Assembly: GCA_045613305.1 (NCBI GenBank)
Contig: JAZLAU010000023.1
Span: forward strand, 59,131-123,130
Reading direction: 5' to 3'
DNA from: Muribaculaceae bacterium
Lineage (GTDB): Bacteria > Bacteroidota > Bacteroidia > Bacteroidales > Muribaculaceae
Length of the DNA: 64,000 nucleotides
Made by a program: the position numbers and the translations under genes. The notes beneath the pieces are model-generated. The model had not been told where the DNA came from and did no database searches. It saw only the letters and a list, made by a program, of their open reading frames with translations. Shown here piece after piece: positions 9,229-18,547 of the stretch (the stretch's first letter is position 1; the number at the start of each line of letters is the position of its first letter).

Positions 9229-9280
9229 TTCGATACTAAACTCTTATGCGTATAATATATAATAATGTGTAAAAAATATA

Positions 9281-9667
9281 TTAACGCTTGCTGAATTGGA
9301 ATCTCTTGCGAGCCTTTGGTTGACCTGGCTTCTTACGTTCAACAGAACGTGGGTCGCGAGTCATGAATCCTTCTGCGCGAAGAGCTGCCTTATCGTCAGC
9401 ATTGATTTTAACCAAAGCGCGAGCGATAGCAAGGCGAAGAGCTTCAGCTTGGCCCTTGTAACCGCCACCGCAAAGGTTTACGTTGATATCATATTTCTCA
9501 GCTACTTCAAGCTTGTTAAGAGGTTGCTTAACGATGAATTGAAGAATTGAAGATGGGAAATAAGTTTCCAAAGTTCTTTTGTTGATTGTAATCTTGCCTT
9601 CGCCTTCAGTAACGAATACGCGAGCAACTGCTGCTTTACGACGGCCTACTGCATTAATTTTTTCCAT
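9281..9667 (-). CDS. rpsI: 30S ribosomal protein S9
   Basis: 128 aa, ending ...PGQPKARKRFQFSKR, with GGGYKGQAEA in the core. Confidence 0.97.
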   Translation of the reverse strand: MEKINAVGRRKAAVARVFVTEGEGKITINKRTLETYFPSSILQFIVKQPLNKLEVAEKYDINVNLCGGGYKGQAEALRLAIARALVKINADDKAALRAEGFMTRDPRSVERKKPGQPKARKRFQFSKR

Positions 9668-9678
9668 ACTTCAATTTA

Positions 9679-10158
9679 TTACTTTAGAGTGTTGATATCA
9701 ATTACTTTTGGGTTTTGAGCAGCGTGTGGGTGCTCAGCGCCGTTGTACACGTGAAGGTTCTTGATGATTTGTGCGCCAAGGCGGTTTTTAGGAAGCATAC
9801 CCTTAACAACCTTGATGTACAATGGGTGCATACCAGCCTTCACAGCCTTAGAGTTAGACTTAGTCATAAGGATGCGAGGAGTAGCACTGCGTTGACCACC
9901 AGGATAACCTGTGTAAGAATAATAGATGCGGTCGTCCCACTTGTTGCCAGTAAGTTTCACCTTGTCAGCGTTGATGATGATAACGTTGTCACCACAGTCA
10001 GCGTGAGGAGTGAAGCATGGTTTGTACTTACCACGCAAAATTTTTGCAACTTTAGCGCAAAGGCGACCCAAAACTTGATCGGTAGCATCGATAACTACCC
10101 ATTCTTTTTGAGCTGTTTCGGCAGTAGCCGAGATTGTTTTGTAACTTAAAGTATCCAC
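9679..10158 (-). CDS. rplM: 50S ribosomal protein L13 (GTG start)
   Basis: ...KEWVVIDATDQVLGRLCAKVAKILRGKYKP.FTPH.D.GD.VIIINA... is uL13. The codon at 10158..10156 is GTG and there is no in-frame upstream ATG. Confidence 0.97.
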   Translation of the reverse strand: MDTLSYKTISATAETAQKEWVVIDATDQVLGRLCAKVAKILRGKYKPCFTPHADCGDNVIIINADKVKLTGNKWDDRIYYSYTGYPGGQRSATPRILMTKSNSKAVKAGMHPLYIKVVKGMLPKNRLGAQIIKNLHVYNGAEHPHAAQNPKVIDINTLK

Positions 10159-10269
10159 TTTTAAATTCCTGATTAATAGTTAATTAAATATTCGTAAACA
10201 CGCTTAGAGCTTGGCCAAAAGCTCTTGCGGGCCTCTGAAATGATAAAAAATAAGGACATAATCGGACTG

Positions 10270-10300
10270 CAAAGGTACGACTTTTCTTTTAAATATCAAA
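10270..10300 (-). promoter_or_regulatory. Bacteroidota sigma-A type promoter of the rplM-rpsI(-rpsB-tsf) cluster
   Basis: The minus strand reads TTTG, a 19-nt spacer, then TACCTTTG. This is a full match to the -33 TTTG / -7 TAnnTTTG consensus, about 110 nt upstream of the rplM GTG. Confidence 0.6.
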
Positions 10301-10320
10301 GAGTTGCGATGATTTTTCTC

Positions 10321-10908
10321 TTAATTAAGAGTCATTTTTTCGTAACGATATCCCATTCGGTACATTTGCATTGAAACGCCAATTTCAAACATGAGTTTTT
10401 CGACCGCGGCATACATATAGAATGCTTCGGTGCTTTGAGGCTCGATGCCTTGTCGGCGAATCATGGTAAGGGCGAGTTCGGCACATTCTTGTACGCAGCT
10501 TGTGAGTTTTTTTGCATCGTCGATGTCGCGTTGCTTGGTGCTGCTAAGGCTTATTCCGATGAGTTCTTCGGTGATATACTCGTCCATATAGTCGAATCCG
10601 CGCTTGTCGCGGATGAATTTGTAAAGGTCTTCACAGTCTTTCACGCTGTCCCACGCGCCGTCCCAGTACACAGCAGCGCCCATGCCGTAATAAAGGGCCC
10701 AGCCGATAGCCACCATAGGGTAGTTGGCTATTTCAGGCACTGCGTCGGCCATGTATTGTGGGGCTGACTGTTGCCACTTTTCCGACAGTTCGGGGATGTC
10801 GTAGAGTTGATTGTTAAGCATTTGACGCGAAGTGCATAGCTTGATGAGTTCGCGTGTTAGATTGTCGATAAATATCTTTCGGCTGTAGATTGGCTGTTGT
10901 TCGTCCAT
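10321..10908 (-). CDS. hypothetical cytoplasmic protein (195 aa), no recognisable domain
   Basis: Uninterrupted ORF. The start was set at ATG 10908 (MDEQQPIY...) because the track's TTG start lies inside a TATCTTTG promoter box. No TM segment or signal peptide. Confidence 0.6.
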   Translation of the reverse strand: MDEQQPIYSRKIFIDNLTRELIKLCTSRQMLNNQLYDIPELSEKWQQSAPQYMADAVPEIANYPMVAIGWALYYGMGAAVYWDGAWDSVKDCEDLYKFIRDKRGFDYMDEYITEELIGISLSSTKQRDIDDAKKLTSCVQECAELALTMIRRQGIEPQSTEAFYMYAAVEKLMFEIGVSMQMYRMGYRYEKMTLN

Positions 10909-10923
10909 AAAATAAATTTTTTG

Positions 10924-10931
10924 CAAAGATA
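10924..10931 (-). promoter_or_regulatory. -7 box (TATCTTTG) of the hypothetical gene 10321..10908
   Basis: The motif ends 15 nt upstream of ATG 10908. Only a weak TTTT is present at the -33 position. Confidence 0.4.
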
Positions 10932-11030
10932 GTGAGTTATGGGCGAATATAAAAATGCTAAAAGGGGAGTAATGTGGGTGTTATAGGTGTGAAATAAAGT
11001 GTAAATGATGAAATTTTCAATGTAAATTAT

Positions 11031-11038
11031 TATTTTTG
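11031..11038 (+). promoter_or_regulatory. -7 box (TATTTTTG) of the tlpA-like gene
   Basis: The motif ends 35 nt upstream of ATG 11074. Confidence 0.4.
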
Positions 11039-11073
11039 TTGCCAATAATACAAAATGTCAAATTAAAATTAAT

Positions 11074-12147
11074 ATGAAGAAAATTATTTTTGCTGCTTTG
11101 TGTTGCGCAATGGCAATGCCTGCAGTTGCTGATGTGACAATTGAGATGAAGGGTTTCACCGATAACACGTTGAAGGTGATGCGATATGATTTGATGTCGA
11201 GAAAGCGTTTGTATGCCGACACTACATGTGTTGCAAAGAATGGCGTGATAGTTTTGCCTGATGTGAAAGAAACTGCTCGCATCAAGTTGACATCGAATGA
11301 ACTTATTAGTAAAGCCGATTATTCGTTCTATGTTGGCAAGGGTGAAAACATGCATGTGGTTTTGAGCAAGTCGGGAAATTCGGCGGAATTGGTTGCGACA
11401 GGAACTGAGGCTCAGGCAGAAATTAACAAGTTGAGCGAAAAGATGCAGTCATATGCAGTTCAGTTGGCAACTGTTGCCGATGAGGCGCAACGTAATAATG
11501 TGGTGAGTGAAATGAAGAACTTGCTTCCGAACTACGTTAAGGAAAATCCTAATTCACCAGCAGCATTGTGGGCGTTGGCTCATATTGAAACCGAAGAGGC
11601 TGTAGAATTGTTGCCATTGCTTGGCGAGACAGCAAAGAACTCAATCTTTGGCCCATTTGAAGGTGCGATTAAGGCGAAGGCAAAAGCTGAAGCAGACCGC
11701 CGCGAGGCTATGAAGAATGTTGCAGAAGGCTGTGATGCTCCTGATTTTGCATTAAATTTGCCAGATGGCTCAGCGTTTGTGTTGTCGTCGTTGCGAGGCA
11801 TGTGGGTGATTCTTGATTTCTGGGGAACTTGGTGTCCATGGTGCATTAAGGGCATTCCTCAAATGAAGGAGAACTATAAGGAACTTGGCGACCGCCTTGA
11901 AATAGTGTCGATTGCTTGCCGTGACTCTAAGGAAGCTTGGCTTGAAGGCATTAAAAAGTATGACTTGAATTGGGTGAATGTAATAAGCGAAGATGTTGTG
12001 CCTGGTACTGACAAGAAGGTAGAACAGATTTATGCAGTGGAAGGTTATCCTACAAAGATTGTAATCGACCCTAAGGGCAAGATTGCAATGCGATGCGTGG
12101 GCGAACGTCCAGAGTTTTACGACCAATTGAAGGAGTTGATGAAATAA
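11074..12147 (+). CDS. TlpA-like thiol:disulfide oxidoreductase (thioredoxin fold) with N-terminal extra domain
   Basis: Signal peptide MKKIIFAALCCAMAMPAVA. The C-terminal thioredoxin fold carries DFWGTWCPWC (CxxC) and ...GYPTKIVIDPKG... Confidence 0.85.
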   Translation: MKKIIFAALCCAMAMPAVADVTIEMKGFTDNTLKVMRYDLMSRKRLYADTTCVAKNGVIVLPDVKETARIKLTSNELISKADYSFYVGKGENMHVVLSKSGNSAELVATGTEAQAEINKLSEKMQSYAVQLATVADEAQRNNVVSEMKNLLPNYVKENPNSPAALWALAHIETEEAVELLPLLGETAKNSIFGPFEGAIKAKAKAEADRREAMKNVAEGCDAPDFALNLPDGSAFVLSSLRGMWVILDFWGTWCPWCIKGIPQMKENYKELGDRLEIVSIACRDSKEAWLEGIKKYDLNWVNVISEDVVPGTDKKVEQIYAVEGYPTKIVIDPKGKIAMRCVGERPEFYDQLKELMK

Positions 12148-12167
12148 AATTTGATTCATTTCAGTGC

Positions 12168-12210
12168 AAAAAAATATCCAGGCTGCCGAGGCTGCCTGGA
12201 TATTTTTTTT
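12168..12210. terminator. bidirectional intrinsic terminator between the convergent tlpA-like gene and ackA
   Basis: A-run, then ATATCCAGGC (12174..12183), a 10-nt loop and GCCTGGATAT (12194..12203), followed by T8. Confidence 0.85.
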
Positions 12211-12258
12211 GTGTATTTTGTCAAAGTCCTTTAGTTAGGTCCAAGCCAATAAACGATG

Positions 12259-13473
12259 TTAGTCAACGATTTCGCGACCCTCTACAATTGCTTCTGTATC
12301 GCGAGCAATTAGATACTCTTCGTCGGTTGGGATGACGCATACGGTAACCTTAGAGTCAGGGGTGCTGATTACGGTTTCCTTGCCGCGGATAGTGTCGTTT
12401 AGTTCGTTGTTTAGTTTAACGCCCATAAATTCAAGAGGCTTGCACACGTTAGCGCGTACGCCAGTTTGGTTTTCGCCAACACCGCCAGTGAATACGATGA
12501 TGTCGACACCGCCCATTTCAGCAGCGTAAGCACCGATGTACTTTATGATGCGTTGTTCGTACATTTGTAGGCCAAGCACAGCGCGTGGGTCGCCAGCTTT
12601 GTCGGCGTCTTCGATGGCGCGCATGTCAGAAGAGATTTCAGTTACGCCAGCGATGCCGCTTTCCTTATTGATGATGTTTTGCAAATCGGTAGCGCTAAGG
12701 TTGTGCTTGTTCATTAAGAATGTAAGAGCACCTGGGTCAACATCGCCGCAGCGAGTACCCATCATTAGACCTTCAACAGGAGTAAGACCCATTGAAGTGT
12801 CAACACTCTTGCCGTTGAGTACGGCAGTGATGCTACCGCCATTACCAACGTGGCAAGTGATGATTTTTTTGTCTTCAGGTTTTACGCCAAGAAATTCACA
12901 AACGCGCTTTGAAACGTAGCGGTGGCTTGTGCCGTGGAATCCGTAACGACGAACGCCGTCTTCAGCGTAATATTTGTATGGAAGGGCATACATATAAGAC
13001 TTAGCAGGCATTGTTTGGTGGAAGGCAGTGTCGAACACGCCAACTTGAGGCACGTTAGGCAACACCTTAGAAATAGCGTTGATGCCTGCAATGTTAACAG
13101 GGTTGTGAAGAGGAGCTATGTCGTAGCATTCCTTAACCTTAGCAATAACTTCGTCGGTGATAAGGACGCTCTTGTTGAATTTTTCGCCGCCATGAACTAC
13201 GCGATGTCCAACAGCGTCGATTTCGTCGAAACTCTTGATGCAGCCGTTGTCTTCACTTGTGAGGATGTCGAGAATGGCCTTGATTGCACCATCGTGGTCG
13301 GTGATGTCAAGTTCGATGATTTTCTTAGAGCCGTCTTCTTGCTTGAATTTGATGAATGCTCCAGGAAGACCGATTTTTTCGATACCGCCTTCTGCAAGAA
13401 CATTGTTTGTCTTAATCTCGATTAGTTTGTATTTTACGGAGCTACTTCCGCAGTTAAGCACTAATATGTTCAT
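12259..13473 (-). CDS. ackA: acetate kinase
   Basis: MNILVLNCGSSSVKYKL..., ...GHRVVHGG..., ...FDTAFHQTMP..., ...GFHGTSH... Confidence 0.97.
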   Translation of the reverse strand: MNILVLNCGSSSVKYKLIEIKTNNVLAEGGIEKIGLPGAFIKFKQEDGSKKIIELDITDHDGAIKAILDILTSEDNGCIKSFDEIDAVGHRVVHGGEKFNKSVLITDEVIAKVKECYDIAPLHNPVNIAGINAISKVLPNVPQVGVFDTAFHQTMPAKSYMYALPYKYYAEDGVRRYGFHGTSHRYVSKRVCEFLGVKPEDKKIITCHVGNGGSITAVLNGKSVDTSMGLTPVEGLMMGTRCGDVDPGALTFLMNKHNLSATDLQNIINKESGIAGVTEISSDMRAIEDADKAGDPRAVLGLQMYEQRIIKYIGAYAAEMGGVDIIVFTGGVGENQTGVRANVCKPLEFMGVKLNNELNDTIRGKETVISTPDSKVTVCVIPTDEEYLIARDTEAIVEGREIVD

Positions 13474-13503
13474 TTTTTTGGATTTATGATGTTTGAATTT
13501 TTT

Positions 13504-14523
13504 TTATTTAAGGTGTTTTGCCTCGATTGCTTGGTTGCAAGTCATTATCACAGTCTTAACGATGTCTTCAGAAGAGCAGCCGCGAGAAAGGTCGTTAACA
13601 GGGGCGGCAAGGCCTTGCATGACAGGTCCGGCAGCAACTGCGCCAGCCAAACGTTGCACAAGTTTATAGGCGATGTTTCCTGTTTCAAGGCTTGGGAACA
13701 CAAGCACATTGGCTTTGCCGGCAATTTCACTGCCAGGAGCTTTGCTTGCACCAACAGAAGGCACAATTGCAGCATCGGCTTGAAGTTCGCCGTCGATATG
13801 GATTGTTGGGTCCATTTCTTTTGCCAATCTTGTGGCTTCGATAACCTTGTCGACGCGTTCGTGCTTAGCGCTGCCTTTAGTAGAGAAGCTAAGCATAGCA
13901 ATCTTAGGCTCAGCGATATTGGCAAGAGCTTTGGCTGTGGTGTTGGCAGAAACGGCAATTTGAGCCAATTCGGCAGCTGTAGGGTCAGGGATTGCTGCGC
14001 AGTCGGCAAATACGAAGATGCCGTTGTGTCCGTAAGGGCTTCCTTCAGGAAGCTGCATGATGAATGCGCCAGAAACGGCGGTAATGCCAGGGGCTGTTTT
14101 GATGATTTGGAATGCAGCACGAAGAACATTGCCGGTAGAGTTTTCGGCACCTGCTACTTGACCATCGGCTTCTCCGGCCTTCACAAGAAGACAACCTAAG
14201 TAAAGCGGATTTTTTGTAGTCTTAGCAGCGTCTTCCATTGTTATGCCCTTTGACTTGCGTAGTTCGTAGAACAGTTCTACGTATTTTTGTATTTCTTCGT
14301 CGTTGTTAGGGTTGACAATTCGCGCTTTGTCGATGTTTGTTAGATTGAGTTCTGCTGCTTTGGCTTTAATCTCGGCAGGTTCGCCAATAAGAATTATGTC
14401 GGCAATACCTTCTGCAATGATTGTGTCGGCAGCGATTAGTGTACGTGGTTCGGTGCTTTCAGGAAGAACCACTCTTTGTTTGTTGGCAACGGCTGTTGCC
14501 TTTAGTGCTTTGAATAAGTCCAT
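13504..14523 (-). CDS. pta: phosphate acetyltransferase
   Basis: PTA_PTB-type sequence (...RVVLPESTEPRTL..., ...DLSRGCSSEDIV...). It is directly upstream of ackA. The start was set at ATG 14523 (MDLFKAL...). Confidence 0.93.
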   Translation of the reverse strand: MDLFKALKATAVANKQRVVLPESTEPRTLIAADTIIAEGIADIILIGEPAEIKAKAAELNLTNIDKARIVNPNNDEEIQKYVELFYELRKSKGITMEDAAKTTKNPLYLGCLLVKAGEADGQVAGAENSTGNVLRAAFQIIKTAPGITAVSGAFIMQLPEGSPYGHNGIFVFADCAAIPDPTAAELAQIAVSANTTAKALANIAEPKIAMLSFSTKGSAKHERVDKVIEATRLAKEMDPTIHIDGELQADAAIVPSVGASKAPGSEIAGKANVLVFPSLETGNIAYKLVQRLAGAVAAGPVMQGLAAPVNDLSRGCSSEDIVKTVIMTCNQAIEAKHLK

Positions 14524-14712
14524 AGTTTTAGAGTAGTGTTTTAATAGTTGCAAATTTAACATTTTAATTTCACTTACTTAGGTTAAAAGAGTGATTTTTT
14601 TCGTGAGTTTGTTAAAAATGTGGCGATGAACAATTTTTTATATGTAAAAATTTTGGAGTATTCTGTAGTTTGTATATATATTAGCAACCTGAAAAAATCC
14701 TTATTTAATTTT

Positions 14713-15111
14713 ATGCCCATGACACACGAGCAAAAATTTGTAATAGACTATGATATGAAGAGGGCATCAGCCTCTTTGATATGGACCTTTATTTCAACCC
14801 CAAATGGGTTGGCTGAATGGTTTGCCGACGATGTGGAGAAGGATGGAAAGCAATACACATTCTATTGGAAAAAGGCATCGCAAAAGGCAAATTTGTTGGC
14901 AATCAGAACCGGTCAGTATGTAAGATTTCGTTGGGAAGAAACAGAGATTCCTAAGAGTTATTTTGAGATTCGAATAATGAATTCGGAGATAACGGGCAGC
15001 CGAAGCCTCCAAATCACTGATTTCGCAGTTGATGAAGATGAGCAAAAAGAGATGGTTGACTTGTGGAACAAACAAATAGCAGTGCTTAAGCGCGTGCTTG
15101 GATGTTCGTGA
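14713..15111 (+). CDS. SRPBCC/START-like (AHSA1-type) small protein
   Basis: 132 aa from ATG 14713 (MPMTHEQKFVIDYDMKRASASLIWTFISTPNGLAEWFADDV...). The pattern is typical of Bacteroidota START-like domain proteins. This assignment is by eye only. Confidence 0.55.
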   Translation: MPMTHEQKFVIDYDMKRASASLIWTFISTPNGLAEWFADDVEKDGKQYTFYWKKASQKANLLAIRTGQYVRFRWEETEIPKSYFEIRIMNSEITGSRSLQITDFAVDEDEQKEMVDLWNKQIAVLKRVLGCS

Positions 15112-15140
15112 TGTAAATGTGAAAAAACAGATAAGTGAAA

Positions 15141-15165
15141 AGAGTCGTAAAACCGGCTCTTTTTT
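15141..15165 (+). terminator. intrinsic terminator after the START-like gene
   Basis: AGAGTCG, loop TAAAAC, then CGGCTCT (one G:U pair), followed by TTTTTT. Confidence 0.6.
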
Positions 15166-15254
15166 CTTGCAATAATATTGCATTTGGAGGTTGAGGCAAA
15201 CCCATAGTAAAATACAAAAATGCTAAAAATGGTGGAATATTAGCGATTAATTGC

Positions 15255-15262
15255 TACTTTTG
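15255..15262 (+). promoter_or_regulatory. -7 box (TACTTTTG) of lptF/G
   Basis: The motif ends 25 nt upstream of ATG 15288. Confidence 0.4.
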
Positions 15263-15287
15263 TACTTGAATTCGAAATAATCACATA

Positions 15288-17204
15288 ATGCTAAAGGTAA
15301 AAAGATTACATACATTTGTGTTGCAGACTTATCTGCCGATGTTTTTTATGACATTTTTCATATGTCTTTTTATCTTGTTGATGCATTTCTTGTGGAAACG
15401 TCTTGAAGACTTGGTAGGGAAAGGATTAGGTGTAGATGTCATAGCAGAATTGTTTTTCTATGCAGCAATCACCTTTGTGCCTATGGCCTTACCTCTGGCC
15501 ATACTATTGGCATCGATTATGACATTCGGTAATTTGGGAGAGCACAGCGAGTTGACGGCGATGAAAGCATCGGGAGTTTCGCTGCTTAATGTGATGAAGC
15601 CGTTGATAGTTTTTATCTCGTTTGTTTCGGTTTGTGCCTTCTTTTTCCAGAATGAAGTTCTTCCTAGAGCGCAAGTAAAAATGTGGACAATAGTGTTCTC
15701 GGTTCGTCAGAAATCGCCCGATTTGGATATCCCGGAAGGTGCTTTCTATGATCAGATACCAGGATATAATGTGTTTGTTAAGCACAAGGATAAGGTAAAT
15801 GGAACATTGCACGACATGACCATCTACGACGTGTCGAAAGGTTACGGTTACGCGAGTATTATAGTGGCCGATTCGGGGAAGATGCAGTTTAATGAGGGTA
15901 AGACGCATTTGAATCTTCATTTATATAATGGAGAGAGTTTTGAGGATATGCGCGACACTCGAAGCGGAGGAGCCGGCGAGGAAGGAAAGTTGTACCGTAG
16001 AGAATCGTTTAAGGACAAGTCGGTGCTGATACCTTTTGATGCTAATTTCAATAAACTGGACGAGGGTGCAATGCGTTCGCAGTATGTGGGGAAAAACATT
16101 AAAGAATTGCAGCATACAATCGACTCTGTAAGTTTGCGACTTGACTCAGTTAGCCGCACGATGATGGTTGCTTATAGAACTGAGCAAGTGGTTGGTGTTC
16201 CTCATGTGCAGTATGTGATGAAGGACTCGGCCCGAGTTGGCCAGGTGGTTGAATTGCCAAAGTTGGCACGGGTTACAGATTTGGATAGTTTGTACATGAA
16301 GCAGACTCCCGATGTGCGAACTGTGCTGATGAGTACGGCCATAAACAAAGCTTCGCAAAGCCAGCATGATTTTTTGTTCCGAGGAGCAGAGGTGGCCGAT
16401 GACGTGATGACTATTCGTCGCCATGAAATAGAAAAATTAAGGAAATACACATTGTCGCTTGCGTGCTTGATATTCTTCTTTATTGGCGCGCCATTAGGTG
16501 CGATTATTCGAAAGGGTGGATTGGGAACGCCACTTGTGATTTCGGTATTGTTTTTCATCATATATTATTTTATCGATAACTTCGGCTTTAAGCAGGCGCG
16601 CGAAGGCCGTTTTGACGTGTGGTTTGGAATCTGGTTGAGTTCGCTGGCATTATTCCCGTTGGGTGTGTTCCTAACTTATAAGGCTATGAACGACTCGGCG
16701 GTGTTTAACCCAGACGCATATCGCAATCTTGTGAGAAGAATTTTGGGTATCCAAGAAGCTCGTAAGCTTGAGTTGAAAGAGGTTATCATCGATGAAGTGG
16801 ATAATGCTAAGGCTGTTGAAATGCTTACTGCACTTTTGGGTGACATAAAGGCGTTTTTGTCGAAGCACAAAGGCCGTCAATTGTACACTACATATCTTAT
16901 GAAGGGTTATGATAGAGAGTCGCTTGAAGGCATAAACAACAAGATGGAATCGGTTGTGGAATATTTGGCAAATGCGCGTGACCGCTTGGTGCTAAATAAG
17001 GCAATGGACTTTCCAATATTGCGTATGTCGAGAATATATAGCCCTAATCTTAAGAAAACGTGGGGCTCTGTGGCGGCAGTAGTGTTCCCAGTGGGTTTGC
17101 TGTGGTATTTCATTGGCACGTCGAGCCAAAAGTCGCTAAAGACAGATTTGAAGACTGCTGAAATGGTGTGCGACAAGTTGATTGAAATGCTAAGCAATGA
17201 TTGA
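15288..17204 (+). CDS. LptF/LptG (YjgP/YjgQ) family LPS-export permease, long Bacteroidota form
   Basis: 638 aa. It has N-terminal TM helices, a large central soluble insert, C-terminal TM helices and FGNLGEHSELTAMKASGVS, typical of LptF/G. Confidence 0.8.
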   Translation: MLKVKRLHTFVLQTYLPMFFMTFFICLFILLMHFLWKRLEDLVGKGLGVDVIAELFFYAAITFVPMALPLAILLASIMTFGNLGEHSELTAMKASGVSLLNVMKPLIVFISFVSVCAFFFQNEVLPRAQVKMWTIVFSVRQKSPDLDIPEGAFYDQIPGYNVFVKHKDKVNGTLHDMTIYDVSKGYGYASIIVADSGKMQFNEGKTHLNLHLYNGESFEDMRDTRSGGAGEEGKLYRRESFKDKSVLIPFDANFNKLDEGAMRSQYVGKNIKELQHTIDSVSLRLDSVSRTMMVAYRTEQVVGVPHVQYVMKDSARVGQVVELPKLARVTDLDSLYMKQTPDVRTVLMSTAINKASQSQHDFLFRGAEVADDVMTIRRHEIEKLRKYTLSLACLIFFFIGAPLGAIIRKGGLGTPLVISVLFFIIYYFIDNFGFKQAREGRFDVWFGIWLSSLALFPLGVFLTYKAMNDSAVFNPDAYRNLVRRILGIQEARKLELKEVIIDEVDNAKAVEMLTALLGDIKAFLSKHKGRQLYTTYLMKGYDRESLEGINNKMESVVEYLANARDRLVLNKAMDFPILRMSRIYSPNLKKTWGSVAAVVFPVGLLWYFIGTSSQKSLKTDLKTAEMVCDKLIEMLSND

Positions 17205-17275
17205 TGTTGCTAAAATGGCATTTTGCCTTTTTGTTGATTAACGTGATACATTGATGTTAAAGAAGATAATCTTAT

Positions 17276-17311
17276 AAAAAAGAGTCCGATGGATTTCATC
17301 GGACTCTTTTT
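17276..17311. terminator. bidirectional terminator between convergent lptF/G and apbE
   Basis: AAAAA, then AGAGTCCGATG, loop GATTT and CATCGGACTCT, followed by TTTTT. Confidence 0.85.
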
Positions 17312-17342
17312 GTGTATATAAAATTCAACTTGCTGTGTTTAG

Positions 17343-18377
17343 TTATTTGGCTTCGTTAACAATATATTTGTCTAAATGTTTGCTAAACCATTTTATTGTG
17401 TTGCCTTCGTTGTCGGAGTAAATAATCATAGCTTCGATGTTGTTGTTTGCGTTGATCATTTTTGAACAATTTTCAAATCCCATGGCAATGCAAGCGGTGG
17501 CGTAAGCATCGGCTTGTGCAGCGGTCGGCGCTATAATGGTGGCGCTAAGCACGTCAGATTGCTCGGAATAACCGGTTAAGGGGTTGATGATATGTGACAC
17601 TTTTTTGCCGTCAATGATGTGGAAGTTTCGGTAGTTGCCTGATGTGGCTATGCCTTTGTCGGTTACCGAAAGAATTAATGCCGATGAGTGAATGACGGTG
17701 TCGCTTTGTTCGATTGGCATGTCGATTGAAATATGCCAGTTTTTGCCGTACTGATTTTTGCCGCTTACGTAAATTTCGCCGCCAATTTCAATCATGAAGT
17801 TATCGATTTTGTGGCGTTTGAATAATCGTCCTATTTCATCGCAAGCGTAACCTTTGGCAATGCTGCTAAAGTCGATGATTGTGCGAGGGTCGAGTTTTGA
17901 AATTTTACCGGTGCTGTCGATGCTGGTTTTGTGAAATCCCACAAATTGCCTGATGCTGTCGATGCGTGCGCTGTCGGGAGCTTCTTCATGTGTTGTTCCA
18001 AATCCCCAAGCATTGACTAATGGCGCCACGGTGGGGTCAAAATGACCGTTTGATTCGTTGTGAATCTGCTTAGAGCAGATGTAGAGTTCGGTTAAATAAT
18101 GGTGTGGCTCCACTGGTGTGTTGGCGTTTATTTTCGAGATGGTGGAGTTGGGGTTAAACATCGAAGCGCTGTTGTTGATTTCGTTGAAAATCTTTGTGAT
18201 GGAGTCGCATATCGAAGGTTCCCCTTGAAATGATATGTTGTATTGTGTTGTCCAAATAATGCCGCTCAGTTTGACGAAATCGCGGTTGGGTTTGTTGAAA
18301 AATAGTATAAGCAGACCGATTATGGTTGCAGCGATGACTGTGTAGTGTATGCGTTTATCTGTGTTGAATTTTGCCAT
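17343..18377 (-). CDS. apbE: FAD:protein FMN transferase (ApbE family), membrane-anchored
   Basis: ...DFSSIAKGYACDEIG..., ...GIATSGNYRNF..., ...ADAYATA... The start was set at ATG 18377 (MAKFNTDKRIHYTVIAATIIGLLILF). The track's 102-codon extension would overlap the divergent neighbour. Confidence 0.85.
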   Translation of the reverse strand: MAKFNTDKRIHYTVIAATIIGLLILFFNKPNRDFVKLSGIIWTTQYNISFQGEPSICDSITKIFNEINNSASMFNPNSTISKINANTPVEPHHYLTELYICSKQIHNESNGHFDPTVAPLVNAWGFGTTHEEAPDSARIDSIRQFVGFHKTSIDSTGKISKLDPRTIIDFSSIAKGYACDEIGRLFKRHKIDNFMIEIGGEIYVSGKNQYGKNWHISIDMPIEQSDTVIHSSALILSVTDKGIATSGNYRNFHIIDGKKVSHIINPLTGYSEQSDVLSATIIAPTAAQADAYATACIAMGFENCSKMINANNNIEAMIIYSDNEGNTIKWFSKHLDKYIVNEAK

Positions 18378-18547
18378 AGTTGTAAAAAATATATGCAAAC
18401 TTACGTAAAAACACTGGATGAATATGGGTGAATGGAATAAAAAAGATGAAATTGATGATAAAAAAAGGATGAAAGATGAGCGCTGCTTGCATTCTTGTGA
18501 AAAAAATGATATATTTGAGAAAGAATTAACATTAAAATTTAAGTAAC

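Noticed and set aside
13486-14199. 237-aa plus-strand ORF and 200-aa minus-strand alternative-frame ORF (13548..14150) inside pta.
   Set aside because: They overlap a confidently identified phosphate acetyltransferase and have no motifs.
15168-15182. Perfect 15-bp palindrome TGCAATA-A-TATTGCA upstream of lptF/G (possible operator).
   Set aside because: It is short, AT-rich and occurs only once in the window. It sits just after a terminator T-tract, and there is no supporting regulator gene nearby.
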